A DNA stretch of 48,171 bases, taken from positions 1 to 48,171 of the forward strand of contig JBDUCK010000001.1 in the NCBI GenBank assembly GCA_040003485.1, written 5' to 3'. This DNA comes from Ferruginibacter sp. Its GTDB lineage: Bacteria; Bacteroidota; Bacteroidia; Chitinophagales; Chitinophagaceae. The position numbers and the translations under genes are program-made. Positions 25,745 to 35,350 of the stretch are shown in pieces (within the stretch, counting starts at the first letter, position 1; each line of letters opens with the position of its first letter). The notes beneath the pieces were generated by a model, which made no database searches, was not told where the DNA came from, and was given only the letters and a program-made list of their open reading frames with translations.

Positions 25745-27052
25745 ATGAGCAGTTTTAAATTAAAATTATTAAAAGGGCTGGCCTGGCGATTCGGTTATTA
25801 TGTAAGTGCTTTTATTTTAAATATTTTAATTGCTCATTATTTAGGGGCTTCAAAATCCGGTGTATTTTATTTACTGCTGAACAACCTGGCTTTTGTTGTT
25901 CTCGTACTAAGTGTTGGGATAGATTCCGGAATCGGTTATTTTAATGCGAGGAAAGAAATTGGTCCCGGGCAGTTTTTATCGTTAAGTTTTTTGTGGGTAT
26001 TGGTTGCTGCTGTTATTTTAGCCGGAATTTATTGGGCTGGTTTATATTTTCATTTTATTATTGCCTCAAGTTTAACCATTTATGGTTTCATTTATATTGC
26101 TTTTTCGCTTTTATCCACTTTTTTAAATGCGATTGTTTTTTCCATGGGCGATGATAAAACCCCAAGCCTGATTTTTACCATTGTAAATATTATCCTGATT
26201 TTTCTACTGCCCGGAAACCCATTGGTAACAAAAATTGTTTCCCCGGATCTATATACAAAGCTTTATCTTTTAGCTGCTATATTACCAGCAATCATTTTCT
26301 TCTTTATATTACTGCAAAGGAAAATAAATTTTAGTTTTACCGGGCCCGGCTTTTTATTGCAGCAAAAATTTTTACGGTTTATTTTACAATCTTTTTTATT
26401 CAGCCTTCTTTACACCCTGCTGTTACGCTGCGATTACTGGGTAGTAAATTATTTCTGTTCGGATGCCGACCTCGGCAATTATCTTCAAACGGTAAAATTA
26501 AATCAATTGGTTTTATTGATCCCTGCTTTAGCTTCCTTTACACTCTTTCCATTAATAGTAAGCCAGGTTCATCAACAGAAAATGGTAGAAGCCAAAGTGG
26601 TTACCCTGGTAAAAATTTATTTTTTTATTGGCCTCGCTATCTGCCTGGCTGTTATACTTACCGGGTATTGGATGTTGCCTGTAATTTATGGAGAGAGCTT
26701 TTCAAAAATGTATCCTGTTTTTATTCTGTTATCACCCGGCATTTTATCTCTTGCTGCGGCTTATCCGCTGAATACTTTCTTTGCCGGAAAAGATTTAATT
26801 GTTGTAAACATAAAAGCAATATTTTTTTCTATTATCATTTTGCTGCTGCTGGATTTTTTAGTAATTCCATATTACGGCATTTATGGTGCAGCCCTTGCCA
26901 GCACAGCAGGTTATGGTTTTTACTTTATGTATCTTTTGATTAAATTTAAAAAAAAACATCCCTTCAATATTAAAGCGTTATTTGATTTGAGGAAATTGAT
27001 AAAAGAAAATCATCACCAGTTTTTCAATATTAAATTGCAGAATGAAGATTGA
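25745..27052 (+). CDS. Wzx/RfbX-like oligosaccharide flippase
   Basis: About 12 TM segments; YLGASKSGVFY, DLGNY, VIYGESF, LVIPYYGIYGAALAS. Confidence 0.85.
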   Translation: MSSFKLKLLKGLAWRFGYYVSAFILNILIAHYLGASKSGVFYLLLNNLAFVVLVLSVGIDSGIGYFNARKEIGPGQFLSLSFLWVLVAAVILAGIYWAGLYFHFIIASSLTIYGFIYIAFSLLSTFLNAIVFSMGDDKTPSLIFTIVNIILIFLLPGNPLVTKIVSPDLYTKLYLLAAILPAIIFFFILLQRKINFSFTGPGFLLQQKFLRFILQSFLFSLLYTLLLRCDYWVVNYFCSDADLGNYLQTVKLNQLVLLIPALASFTLFPLIVSQVHQQKMVEAKVVTLVKIYFFIGLAICLAVILTGYWMLPVIYGESFSKMYPVFILLSPGILSLAAAYPLNTFFAGKDLIVVNIKAIFFSIIILLLLDFLVIPYYGIYGAALASTAGYGFYFMYLLIKFKKKHPFNIKALFDLRKLIKENHHQFFNIKLQNED

Positions 27053-27956
27053 CAAAGTATATGTTATTTGCAACCGGGAGGATTTTTATCTCACAAAAAT
27101 ATGCATAGCCAGTATAAGGTACTGGAATAAGGATATGGCAGTATGTATAATAAAAGATCTATCCAGAAATGATTTTGATTCTGCGGAGCTGGAAAAAAAT
27201 CTAAATGTAACTGCAGAAATAACTACTATAAAAAATCTTACTTATTATGCAAAACTTTATCCACTGATAGAACAGGAAGGAGGAAAAAGGATCTTGCTTT
27301 TAGATTCGGATATTGTCTGGATGTGCGATATCATTGCACTGCTTGAGCCCTTTGATGAAGATATAATTGTAGCTGGCTATCACCCTGAAGATCTACGGGC
27401 AGAAATGAGCAGATGGTATTTTACACAACCTGCATTCGCTGAAAATTTTCCAGGGTATAAATACCCGGGCTTTTTGTTTAACGTAGGGCATATTCTTTGC
27501 AACACGACAATTTTTAAAAAAGATGATTTTATGCAGTTGCTGGAGTGGAAGGAGTTCCCCTCTCCTATTAAGCAAAATATTTTTTTTTATGAGCAGGGTA
27601 TGCTTAATTATTTAATTGCAAAAAAAATATCAGAAAAAGAAATAACTTATAGGTTATTTGATTTCCAGGTATGGGGATGGGATAACCAGGTAAAAGCAAT
27701 AAAGAAAAATGAGCTGAAAAATAAAATTCCGCATCCCTACCTGGTGCATTGGTATGGAAAAAAAAATGGACTGATCAGTTTTTTACCGGGAGGTAAAATG
27801 TTGTCTTTTTATGAGCGCTTTTATTACTCTTCGATAAAAAATGGGAAATATTCGCTTTATTTAGCAAAATTTAAAAGATCAATATTGCACTTCCGTGCTT
27901 TACTGTATGAAGCCGGCAAGTGTGTTTACCTTTTTTTAAAATCACCGGATAAATGA
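27042..27956 (+). CDS. GT-A fold glycosyltransferase, GT8-like
   Basis: LLLDSD (DxD), FNVG, EQGMLN and VHWYG resemble GT8 blocks; overlaps the flippase stop. Confidence 0.68.
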   Translation: MKIDKVYVICNREDFYLTKICIASIRYWNKDMAVCIIKDLSRNDFDSAELEKNLNVTAEITTIKNLTYYAKLYPLIEQEGGKRILLLDSDIVWMCDIIALLEPFDEDIIVAGYHPEDLRAEMSRWYFTQPAFAENFPGYKYPGFLFNVGHILCNTTIFKKDDFMQLLEWKEFPSPIKQNIFFYEQGMLNYLIAKKISEKEITYRLFDFQVWGWDNQVKAIKKNELKNKIPHPYLVHWYGKKNGLISFLPGGKMLSFYERFYYSSIKNGKYSLYLAKFKRSILHFRALLYEAGKCVYLFLKSPDK

Positions 27957-28747
27957 AACTTTTTATAAGGCAATTCGCATATTTTATTTTACAACCATTG
28001 CTAAGTATAAAATATTTCAGAAATTTTATACGGCATCTTGGCAATGCATCAGGATATTACCAGCAAGCCAGGATCTGCAAGGCCATCTCCCCGGAAAAAG
28101 AAGTATTGGCAGGCCCATTTAAAGGTTTGGTATACTCCCGTTTTGAAGCTGCAGGCAGTGTTCTGATACCAAAAATAATGGGAACTTATGAAGACGAATT
28201 GCACCCAACACTGGAAAAGATAATAAAGAAAAATTATACTGAAATTATTGATGTTGGCTGTGCAGAAGGGTATTATTCAAATGGCCTTGCATTAAAAATA
28301 CCTGCAGCCACCGTATTTGCTTACGATCTGGATCCGCATGCCCGTGAGCTCTGCAAGGGCAATGCAACTGTAAATAATTTACAATTGCAGGTGCGGATAA
28401 ATTCTTTTATAGATGCAGGTTCCTTAGCATCATTCCCTTTCAGTGGCAAAGGATTTATTATGTGCGACTGTGAAGGATTTGAAATAGAGCTATTCACTCC
28501 TGCATCAGTAAAGAATTTACTGAATTGCGATTTGATTATTGAATTACATGATTGTAATAATGAAGCTATCTCGGCAACGATCTTACCGTTGTTTGAAAAT
28601 TCTCATCAGCTTACTCTTATAAAAAGCAATCCAGGTAAAAAAATTGCAGATTACCCTTACCTTGGTAAAAATTCAAATCTAACTGATGATTTATTGAATG
28701 AAAGAAACGGAATTATTATGTATTGGGCTTTTTTAGAAGCGATTTGA
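27953..28747 (+). CDS. Class I SAM-dependent methyltransferase (FkbM-like)
   Basis: GTYEDEL, IIDVGCAEGYY, MCDCEGFE, IIELH; 4-nt overlap with the upstream gene. Confidence 0.82.
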   Translation: MKLFIRQFAYFILQPLLSIKYFRNFIRHLGNASGYYQQARICKAISPEKEVLAGPFKGLVYSRFEAAGSVLIPKIMGTYEDELHPTLEKIIKKNYTEIIDVGCAEGYYSNGLALKIPAATVFAYDLDPHARELCKGNATVNNLQLQVRINSFIDAGSLASFPFSGKGFIMCDCEGFEIELFTPASVKNLLNCDLIIELHDCNNEAISATILPLFENSHQLTLIKSNPGKKIADYPYLGKNSNLTDDLLNERNGIIMYWAFLEAI

Positions 28748-28820
28748 TTTTTAGTAAATCATTTTTTTTCACTGAATTTAGCTGTACTTCATTTGTAGCA
28801 TTGGTTTATAAAATAATTTT

Positions 28821-29801
28821 ATGGCATCTTTTAAAAGAATAAGTTCAAAAGTGAAAGCGGCTGAAAACACTGGCTTCGGCACAAATGCGGCAAGTTATGG
28901 AGGCCGGTTATTAAATAAGAACGGGCAGGCAAACATCCGCAAAACTGGTATTGGTTTTTTAGAAAGATATAGCTGGTTTCACAGTATGCTGGCGATGAGC
29001 AACACAAAATTTTTTCTTATTATTTTACTTTTTTATATTATCGTTAATCTATTATTTACCTGTATATATTATTTAGTTGGTGTAGAGCATATGGTAGGTA
29101 TAGAAACACATTCTGAACTGGAGAAATTTACAGAAGCATTCTTCTTCAGTTCTCAAACATTTACTACGGTGGGTTATGGGCGCATAAGCCCCTCTGGCTT
29201 TGCAACCAGCGCTTTGGCTGCATTTCAGGCTTTGATAGGTTTATTAAGTTTTGCTGTTGGTGCCGGTCTTATGTATGGGCGTTTCAGCAAACCAACCGCT
29301 TATTTAAAGTTTGCACACAATGCCTTAATAGCTCCTTATAAAGATCATACGGCATTAATGGTAAGGGTGGTGCCATTTAAAAATACCACGCTTACAGACG
29401 CAGAATGCAGGCTTACTCTCGGGATGCTTATAGAAGAAAATGGCGTAAAAATTAATCGGTTTTTTAATCTTAATCTCGAGTTAGATAAGGTCGGTGCCCT
29501 CACCCTCAGCTGGACGATTGTACATCCGATTACTGAAGACAGCCCATTATATAATTTTAAGGAAACAGATTACCAGAGTTTAAAAGGAGAGATCATTGTT
29601 TTCATAAAGGCATTTGACGACATGTTCAGCAACACCGTAGTGACAAGAAGCTCTTATACATTTAATGAAATTGAATATGGCGCTAAATACAAACCTATGT
29701 TTCAGCGGGATAAAAATGACAGCGGCACAATTTTACAAATTGATAAACTTAATGATTTTGACAAAATAGCGTTAGAACCCACTAACAATGAATTAGTGTA
29801 A
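28821..29801 (+). CDS. Inward-rectifier potassium channel (KirBac-like)
   Basis: FFFSSQTFTTVGYG selectivity filter; RFSKP; WTIVHPITEDSPL cytoplasmic domain. Confidence 0.92.
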   Translation: MASFKRISSKVKAAENTGFGTNAASYGGRLLNKNGQANIRKTGIGFLERYSWFHSMLAMSNTKFFLIILLFYIIVNLLFTCIYYLVGVEHMVGIETHSELEKFTEAFFFSSQTFTTVGYGRISPSGFATSALAAFQALIGLLSFAVGAGLMYGRFSKPTAYLKFAHNALIAPYKDHTALMVRVVPFKNTTLTDAECRLTLGMLIEENGVKINRFFNLNLELDKVGALTLSWTIVHPITEDSPLYNFKETDYQSLKGEIIVFIKAFDDMFSNTVVTRSSYTFNEIEYGAKYKPMFQRDKNDSGTILQIDKLNDFDKIALEPTNNELV

Positions 29802-29860
29802 TGGATTTTTTCAATCCGGCTATCAATGTTTTATTATTCCTGGTGTTTCCTTGTACTATT

Positions 29861-30625
29861 TTATTTTTTTAATCCGTTAATAATTGCTGCAAATTCAGTT
29901 GCTACAAGGCTTGCTCCCCCTACCAGTCCCCCGTCCACATCGGGCTGTCCAAAAATTTCTACTGCGTTTGCCGCTTTTACACTGCCGCCATACAATATAG
30001 AAATGGAATCAGCAACCTCCCCACCATAATTATCGGACATCACTTTACGAATATGCGCATGCATTTCCTGGGCTTGTTCGCTGCTCGCTGTGCGACCTGT
30101 ACCTATGGCCCAGATAGGCTCATAGGCAATGATAAAACCTGTTAACCGGGCCGCATCTAAATGAAACAGGCTTTCTTTTAGCTGTGTCTCTACATAACTA
30201 TTTTGGGTAACCGCTTCCCGAATGGTTAATGGTTCGCCACAGCAAAAAATTGGTTTCAATCCGTGCTCAAAAGCGATATTAATTTTACCTGCCAACAGGC
30301 CATTGTCTTCATTGTTGTATTCCCTTCTTTCGCTATGGCCGATTATTACATATTGCAGGCCGAGGCTATGCAGCATCTCTGCACTCACCTCCCCGGTATA
30401 AGCCCCGTTTTTATTGGCAGAACAATTTTGTGCAGCAACAAAAATATTTTGCCTGCCTTTTAGTTTTAGTTGAACATTTACTAAGTAGGGAAAAGGCACG
30501 CCTAAAATAGCCAACTGATTTTCGTTTAATGAAAAACCGGCTGCCATCAGATCATCCGTTAATTGTTCAGCCTGTTGCAGGGTAAGATTCATTTTCCAGT
30601 TGGCGGCAGCAATTTGTTTTCGCAT
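29861..30625 (-). CDS. tpiA: Triosephosphate isomerase
   Basis: AANWKMN, GHSERR, AYEPIWAIGTG, YGGSV, GGLVGGASL. Confidence 0.99.
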   Translation of the reverse strand: MRKQIAAANWKMNLTLQQAEQLTDDLMAAGFSLNENQLAILGVPFPYLVNVQLKLKGRQNIFVAAQNCSANKNGAYTGEVSAEMLHSLGLQYVIIGHSERREYNNEDNGLLAGKINIAFEHGLKPIFCCGEPLTIREAVTQNSYVETQLKESLFHLDAARLTGFIIAYEPIWAIGTGRTASSEQAQEMHAHIRKVMSDNYGGEVADSISILYGGSVKAANAVEIFGQPDVDGGLVGGASLVATEFAAIINGLKK

Positions 30626-30634
30626 ATTATTTTT

Positions 30635-31678
30635 TTATTGGTTTAATAAATAAAGTTGTTGCAGCATTTCAATTTCGGTGGCGGTTAAACTTTGCTGTTT
30701 CATTTTTTTCCAGTTCCCGATATCTTTCAATGCTTTTTCAAAGATATAACGTTCATTACCCCACGAAAAATTATGGGTATATTTTCCAGGCACAATGCTG
30801 CCAAAAATATTGCAGCAAACGCCGATAATTGTCCCCGTATTAAAAGAAGTATTGATGGCAGAACGGCTGTAATCGCCCATCAGCAGGCCGGCTTTATTAC
30901 CGGCAGTCAGTGTATCCTGGTTTTGATTTATAACATATTTTATTTCGCCTCCTGTGTTTTTTACATTGCTGTTACTGCTGCCTGCACCAAGATTGCACCA
31001 CTCCCCCAGAACGCTGTCTCCTAAATACCCATCATGTGCTTTATTACTGTATCCAAAGAATACAGAATTTTTTATTTCTCCCCCGGCTATACAATAAGGG
31101 CCTACGCTGGTAGCACCATAAATTTTACTACCCATTTTCAGCACGCTGTTTTCTCCTAAAGAAAAAGGTCCACGAATCATACTTCCTTCCATCACTTCTG
31201 CATTTTTGCCAATATAGATAGGCCCTGAGGCTGCATTTAAAAAACTGAATTCTACAATAGCGCCATCTTCAACAAAAATATTTTTTTCGTTAATGCATTT
31301 ATTGGTGTTACTTATTTTTTGTGAAACCCGGTTTTTCGTGAGGAACTCAAAATCATGTCGTAGCGCCCAATCATTTATCTGAAAAATCTGCCAGGGATGA
31401 TGAATGATCTTGATATCATCACCATCCATTACGGCAATTTTATCCGCTGCTGCTTTCAACAATATATTAATATTTTGCCGGGTAGGGATAATATTGGCAT
31501 TTATTATCAAAGCATCTGCCGGAATATCTTTTTCATTTGTAAAAATTATTGCGGATGAAAGTTGAGCCCACTTCTCTTTAATCGTAAGTATTCCTACCCG
31601 TATATCCGCTACATGCCGGGTTAATGAAAATGGAAAAAGTTGCTCCCGGCATTTACTATCATCTAAAAAAATATTCAT
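30635..31678 (-). CDS. GlmU-related putative sugar nucleotidyltransferase / hexapeptide-repeat protein
   Basis: LFPFSLTRHVADIRVGILTI, GPIYIG, SNKAHDGYLGDS, NLGAG. Start set at MNIFLDD because the track's TTG lies in a terminator. Confidence 0.85.
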   Translation of the reverse strand: MNIFLDDSKCREQLFPFSLTRHVADIRVGILTIKEKWAQLSSAIIFTNEKDIPADALIINANIIPTRQNINILLKAAADKIAVMDGDDIKIIHHPWQIFQINDWALRHDFEFLTKNRVSQKISNTNKCINEKNIFVEDGAIVEFSFLNAASGPIYIGKNAEVMEGSMIRGPFSLGENSVLKMGSKIYGATSVGPYCIAGGEIKNSVFFGYSNKAHDGYLGDSVLGEWCNLGAGSSNSNVKNTGGEIKYVINQNQDTLTAGNKAGLLMGDYSRSAINTSFNTGTIIGVCCNIFGSIVPGKYTHNFSWGNERYIFEKALKDIGNWKKMKQQSLTATEIEMLQQLYLLNQ

Positions 31679-31706
31679 TGGGTTAAAAGTAATGAATTGC
31701 GTCGGC

Positions 31707-31740
31707 AAAAAAAATCCCCCCGGAAAACCGAAGGGACTTT
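31707..31740 (-). terminator. Intrinsic terminator after rpmE
   Basis: Minus strand GTCCCTTCGG-TTTT-CCGGGGGGAT followed by a T tract. Confidence 0.75.
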
Positions 31741-31789
31741 AAAGTATAGCCATGAAAAACAAATTTGGATAAAGCGTACTTTATGCTAA

Positions 31790-32047
31790 TTATTTTGCTT
31801 TCTTTTCGTAACGTTTTTTAAACTTATCAATGCGGCCTGCCGTATCTACCAACACGTTTTTGCCGGTGTAAAATGGATGGGAAGTATTAGAAATCTCCAG
31901 TTTAATTACAGGATATTCCTGCCCATCTTCTTCAAATACGATTGTTTCGTTGGTTTGGGTTGTAGAACGGCTTAAAAAAGTATGGCCATTGCTCATGTCT
32001 TTAAAAACGACTGTTCTGTAATTTGTTGGGTGAACACCTTGTTTCAT
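31790..32047 (-). CDS. rpmE: 50S ribosomal protein L31, type B (no Zn-binding Cys)
   Basis: [25 protein letters not shown]. Confidence 0.96.
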   Translation of the reverse strand: MKQGVHPTNYRTVVFKDMSNGHTFLSRSTTQTNETIVFEEDGQEYPVIKLEISNTSHPFYTGKNVLVDTAGRIDKFKKRYEKKAK

Positions 32048-32134
32048 ATATAATTATCTTTTTTGATGTACGGATTTTGCCGTACAGGTTTTTAAAGCTG
32101 CAAGTTAAGCTTTTTTGCCTTAAAACAGGCAATT

Positions 32135-32626
32135 TTAGCTCTTCATATTTACAAATTGTAAAGCTATTCCCAGTGTCCAGCTCTTGCTTGCCTGGATAAC
32201 ATCCTGCAGGTCATCAATTTTTTTACCGGTTACCCGTACGATATCATCCATAATAGCCACCTGTACTTTCAAGCCGCTATCTTTAATAAGCTTTACTATT
32301 TTTTTTGCATCCTCCTGTTTAATTCCGTTGCGAACCGGCACCTCCTGCTTTGTTACTTTGCCACTGGGATAAGGCTCTTTGCTTAAATCATAAATCTCGG
32401 CAGCCAGTCCCTGCTTCATGCTTCGGCTGATCAGTACATCTGTTATCTGCGCCAGCTTCATTTCACTGTCTGCTTCAAGGTTCACCTTAAAATCTTTTTT
32501 ATTAAGATCTATCACTACATGTGAACCTTTAAAATCGAAACGGTTAGTAATTTCTTTACTTACTACGTTTATTGCGTTATCAAGTGTTTGCAGATCTACT
32601 TTGCTTACAATATCAAAAGATGCCAT
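32135..32626 (-). CDS. yajQ: YajQ family nucleotide/c-di-GMP-binding protein
   Basis: MASFDIVS start at 32626 (track start overextended), RFDFKG, VRVTGKKIDDLQ, QFVN. Confidence 0.95.
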   Translation of the reverse strand: MASFDIVSKVDLQTLDNAINVVSKEITNRFDFKGSHVVIDLNKKDFKVNLEADSEMKLAQITDVLISRSMKQGLAAEIYDLSKEPYPSGKVTKQEVPVRNGIKQEDAKKIVKLIKDSGLKVQVAIMDDIVRVTGKKIDDLQDVIQASKSWTLGIALQFVNMKS

Positions 32627-32647
32627 ATCATTAATTTTTACAAATAT

Positions 32648-32680
32648 AAAAAACGCAGCCCATAATAGGTTGCGCTTTTT
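32648..32680 (-). terminator. Intrinsic terminator after the outer-membrane barrel gene
   Basis: AAAAAACGCAGCC-CATAATA-GGTTGCGCTTTTT hairpin. Confidence 0.7.
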
Positions 32681-32699
32681 CATTTGAGCATTCAAAGGT

Positions 32700-35153
32700 T
32701 TAATTAGCCGATTTAACCCTGTTCTTTTCATCATCTGCCCCACCTGACTTCCTGTTTTTTAATCCTTTTATTGGTTTGCCAAAGCGATAGTTAAAAGTCA
32801 GGCTCGCTACCCTGTTATCGCTATACTGGCTAAAGCTAGCCTGGGTATTTTGAAAATTGATGTTTCCTTTTACCAGCATGGGGCCAAACATATCTCTGAT
32901 GGTTAGTTTAAGAGATCCTTTTCCCTTCAACACATCTTTTTTCACTCCCGAAGTGATCTGTCCAAGGTGATGTATCAGTATCTGCCCTTCAATGGCTTTA
33001 GTCCTGTAAAAGCCCGATAGTTCTGCACTCCAGCCATTTTTAAAAGTAAACTGGTTATTAATATTTACCGTATAATTGGTACCCTTGATATTTAAATTTT
33101 CACCACTTAAAATGCCTTTAAATTCCTGGTAACGGCCTTCTCCATAAATATTGGTTTTCCACCACTTTGCTACAGTCACCTGAGCATTTACAGATAAACT
33201 CAAATTATTAACCTTACCAAAATTTCCCTGGCGCACAATTGTTGCAAACCCTTTCTGCTCAAATGTTTCATTAAAAAGATCTTTTGTATGGCTGTAATTT
33301 AAAGTAGTTGTAAAAAATTGATTGTAGGTATGTGATACTTCAAATACATGAGCATAGGTAGGTTTTAAAAACGGGTTGCCTGCGCCATAAGTAAATTTAT
33401 CCAGAAAGAATAAGAATGGATTTAAATCTTCGTAATCGGGCCTGTTTATGCGGCGTCCGTACGAAAAGCCAAATTGATTTTTTTCACTTGCATTGTAGCT
33501 AACGTATGTTGTTGGAAATAAATTAGTATAACTTTTTTTGAATGAAGAATCCGGGTGAAGCACTTGGTCTGGGTTACCAAACTGACTACCCTGGTTGTTG
33601 GTATTTTCTGCTCTTAAGCCTGCCTGCAGGCCCCATTTTTTTATTGTCTTACTGAAATTTATATACCCTGCATTGATATTTTCTTTGTAAACAAAATGGT
33701 TTGTTTTATCCCAATCAATATTTTTTATATTATTAACTACATTAAAATAATTGGCATTATTATCGGAAGTAACATAACTGAATTTTAAACCCGCATCCAT
33801 TTTCAAACCTTTTTTCAAGGGCTGACTGTAATCCACTTTTGCAGAATATATTTTAATATTTGATGGAAGGTCTCCGGCCAGTTCATCATTGTATTTTTTT
33901 GACCAGTCTGGATTAAAAGTACCGTTATTAAAAAGCTGGTCTTTACCCGATTTGTATTGCAGGAAATCTATGTCTGCTGAAATTTCCCTGCCGGTAGAAT
34001 CATAAGTATGGCGCAGGTTTAAATTTATGGCTCCATTTTTCCATTTAGAATTTTCTATGCGGTCAGCTGTTACAATGGAATCTACTGAACCGGTGCTGTT
34101 CTGCAAAAAGCTGGTGCTGGTGCCCGTTTCTTTACCGGGTGTGGTATACCCGGTAAGTACAATACCTAAAGTAGTTTTTTTGCTGGCGTAAAAATCTGCA
34201 CCAACCTTTGCATTGTAATTATAATTTTCTCTGAAGCTGTGCGTATTCTGTTCAAAGGTGGCTTTGATACTTTTATCTGTGTTGGTATATTTCCGGTTGA
34301 TGTCTAATTGCTGAAAACCTTTTCTATAATTGGCACTAAGGGTACTGAAAATATTTACTTTACCTACCCGGTAATTTAGGTTTAAACTATTGTTTGTTTT
34401 TGCGTAAACACCTTGCCCGTAAGTAGTGCTTAACGATCCGTTAAAGCCTTTTTGTTTGTTCTTCTTTGTTTTAATGTTTATGATACCAGAGTTGCCCGAA
34501 GCGTCATATTTAGCCGAGGGATTTGTCATTATTTCAATCTGGTCAAGATTAGATGCTGGAAGATTGCGTAGAAAATTTACAAGGTCTGCACCTGAGATGT
34601 AACTCGGTTTTCCATCAATCATAATAATCACGCTTTGTTTGCCTTTCAGGCTAATGTTACCATCTTTATCTACAGAAACGCCCGGTGCTTTTTCCAGTAC
34701 TTCCATAGCAGTGCTTCCTGCATTGGTAATAGAGGCATCTACATTTAAAACTGTTTTATCTATTTTTCTTTCGATAAAAGCTTTTTTAGAAGTAACTGTT
34801 ACTTCGGCTAAATTTTTATTCACCGGAATTAATTGTAAAATACCTGTAACAGCACTACTGTTTGCCGCATTAATAGTAAGGAGTTGGCTGTAGGCTTTTG
34901 TATGCCCGATTGAAGAAGCCACAACAATGTAATTTCCATCTTTTACATTTTCAAAAGAGAAATTCCCATCTTTATCAGTAACAGAAATTTTTACCAGGGA
35001 TGAATCTTTTGCTTTTAACAGAGAAATGTTAGCGGCATCAATTATTTTTTGATTACCCCCATCTTTAATAACGCCGGAAATTTTACCGGAATTCTGTGCA
35101 AAACTGCAAAAACCTAAACTGGCTAAAACCAGTGTTGTAAATAATTTTTTCAT
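32700..35153 (-). CDS. TonB-dependent-receptor-like outer membrane beta-barrel with N-terminal carboxypeptidase-regulatory-like domain
   Basis: Signal peptide; LAEVTV; plug (LEKAPGV, IEIMTNPSAKYDASG..IINI); GNPFLKP; FNYRFG. Confidence 0.88.
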   Translation of the reverse strand: MKKLFTTLVLASLGFCSFAQNSGKISGVIKDGGNQKIIDAANISLLKAKDSSLVKISVTDKDGNFSFENVKDGNYIVVASSIGHTKAYSQLLTINAANSSAVTGILQLIPVNKNLAEVTVTSKKAFIERKIDKTVLNVDASITNAGSTAMEVLEKAPGVSVDKDGNISLKGKQSVIIMIDGKPSYISGADLVNFLRNLPASNLDQIEIMTNPSAKYDASGNSGIINIKTKKNKQKGFNGSLSTTYGQGVYAKTNNSLNLNYRVGKVNIFSTLSANYRKGFQQLDINRKYTNTDKSIKATFEQNTHSFRENYNYNAKVGADFYASKKTTLGIVLTGYTTPGKETGTSTSFLQNSTGSVDSIVTADRIENSKWKNGAINLNLRHTYDSTGREISADIDFLQYKSGKDQLFNNGTFNPDWSKKYNDELAGDLPSNIKIYSAKVDYSQPLKKGLKMDAGLKFSYVTSDNNANYFNVVNNIKNIDWDKTNHFVYKENINAGYINFSKTIKKWGLQAGLRAENTNNQGSQFGNPDQVLHPDSSFKKSYTNLFPTTYVSYNASEKNQFGFSYGRRINRPDYEDLNPFLFFLDKFTYGAGNPFLKPTYAHVFEVSHTYNQFFTTTLNYSHTKDLFNETFEQKGFATIVRQGNFGKVNNLSLSVNAQVTVAKWWKTNIYGEGRYQEFKGILSGENLNIKGTNYTVNINNQFTFKNGWSAELSGFYRTKAIEGQILIHHLGQITSGVKKDVLKGKGSLKLTIRDMFGPMLVKGNINFQNTQASFSQYSDNRVASLTFNYRFGKPIKGLKNRKSGGADDEKNRVKSAN

Positions 35154-35350
35154 GACTATACTTTTTTGTTTGGTTAAAACCCGATGGCTGTCGGGCTGGC
35201 TAATTAGTTATATACTTTGATGACTACTTAACAAAAGTAGGTACTTTGTAATACATGGTACAATGTTTTATAATGAATGGCAAAAAAAAAGGATAACCGG
35301 TAGATATTTATTCTAACGATCATCCTCTTTTAAGGTTACAATTTTTTTAT

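Noticed and set aside
28821-29801. KirBac channel as a novelty
   Set aside because: Canonical TVGYG filter in a known prokaryotic family; nothing unusual seen.
31790-32047. Type B L31 as a Zur-regulated zinc-starvation paralog
   Set aside because: No Zur-like palindrome or rpmJ2 adjacent; the Cys-free form is the usual one in Bacteroidota.
32627-32743. N-terminal extension of YajQ in the ORF track
   Set aside because: It crosses a terminator, a promoter motif and the neighbouring gene's end; the family start is MASFD.
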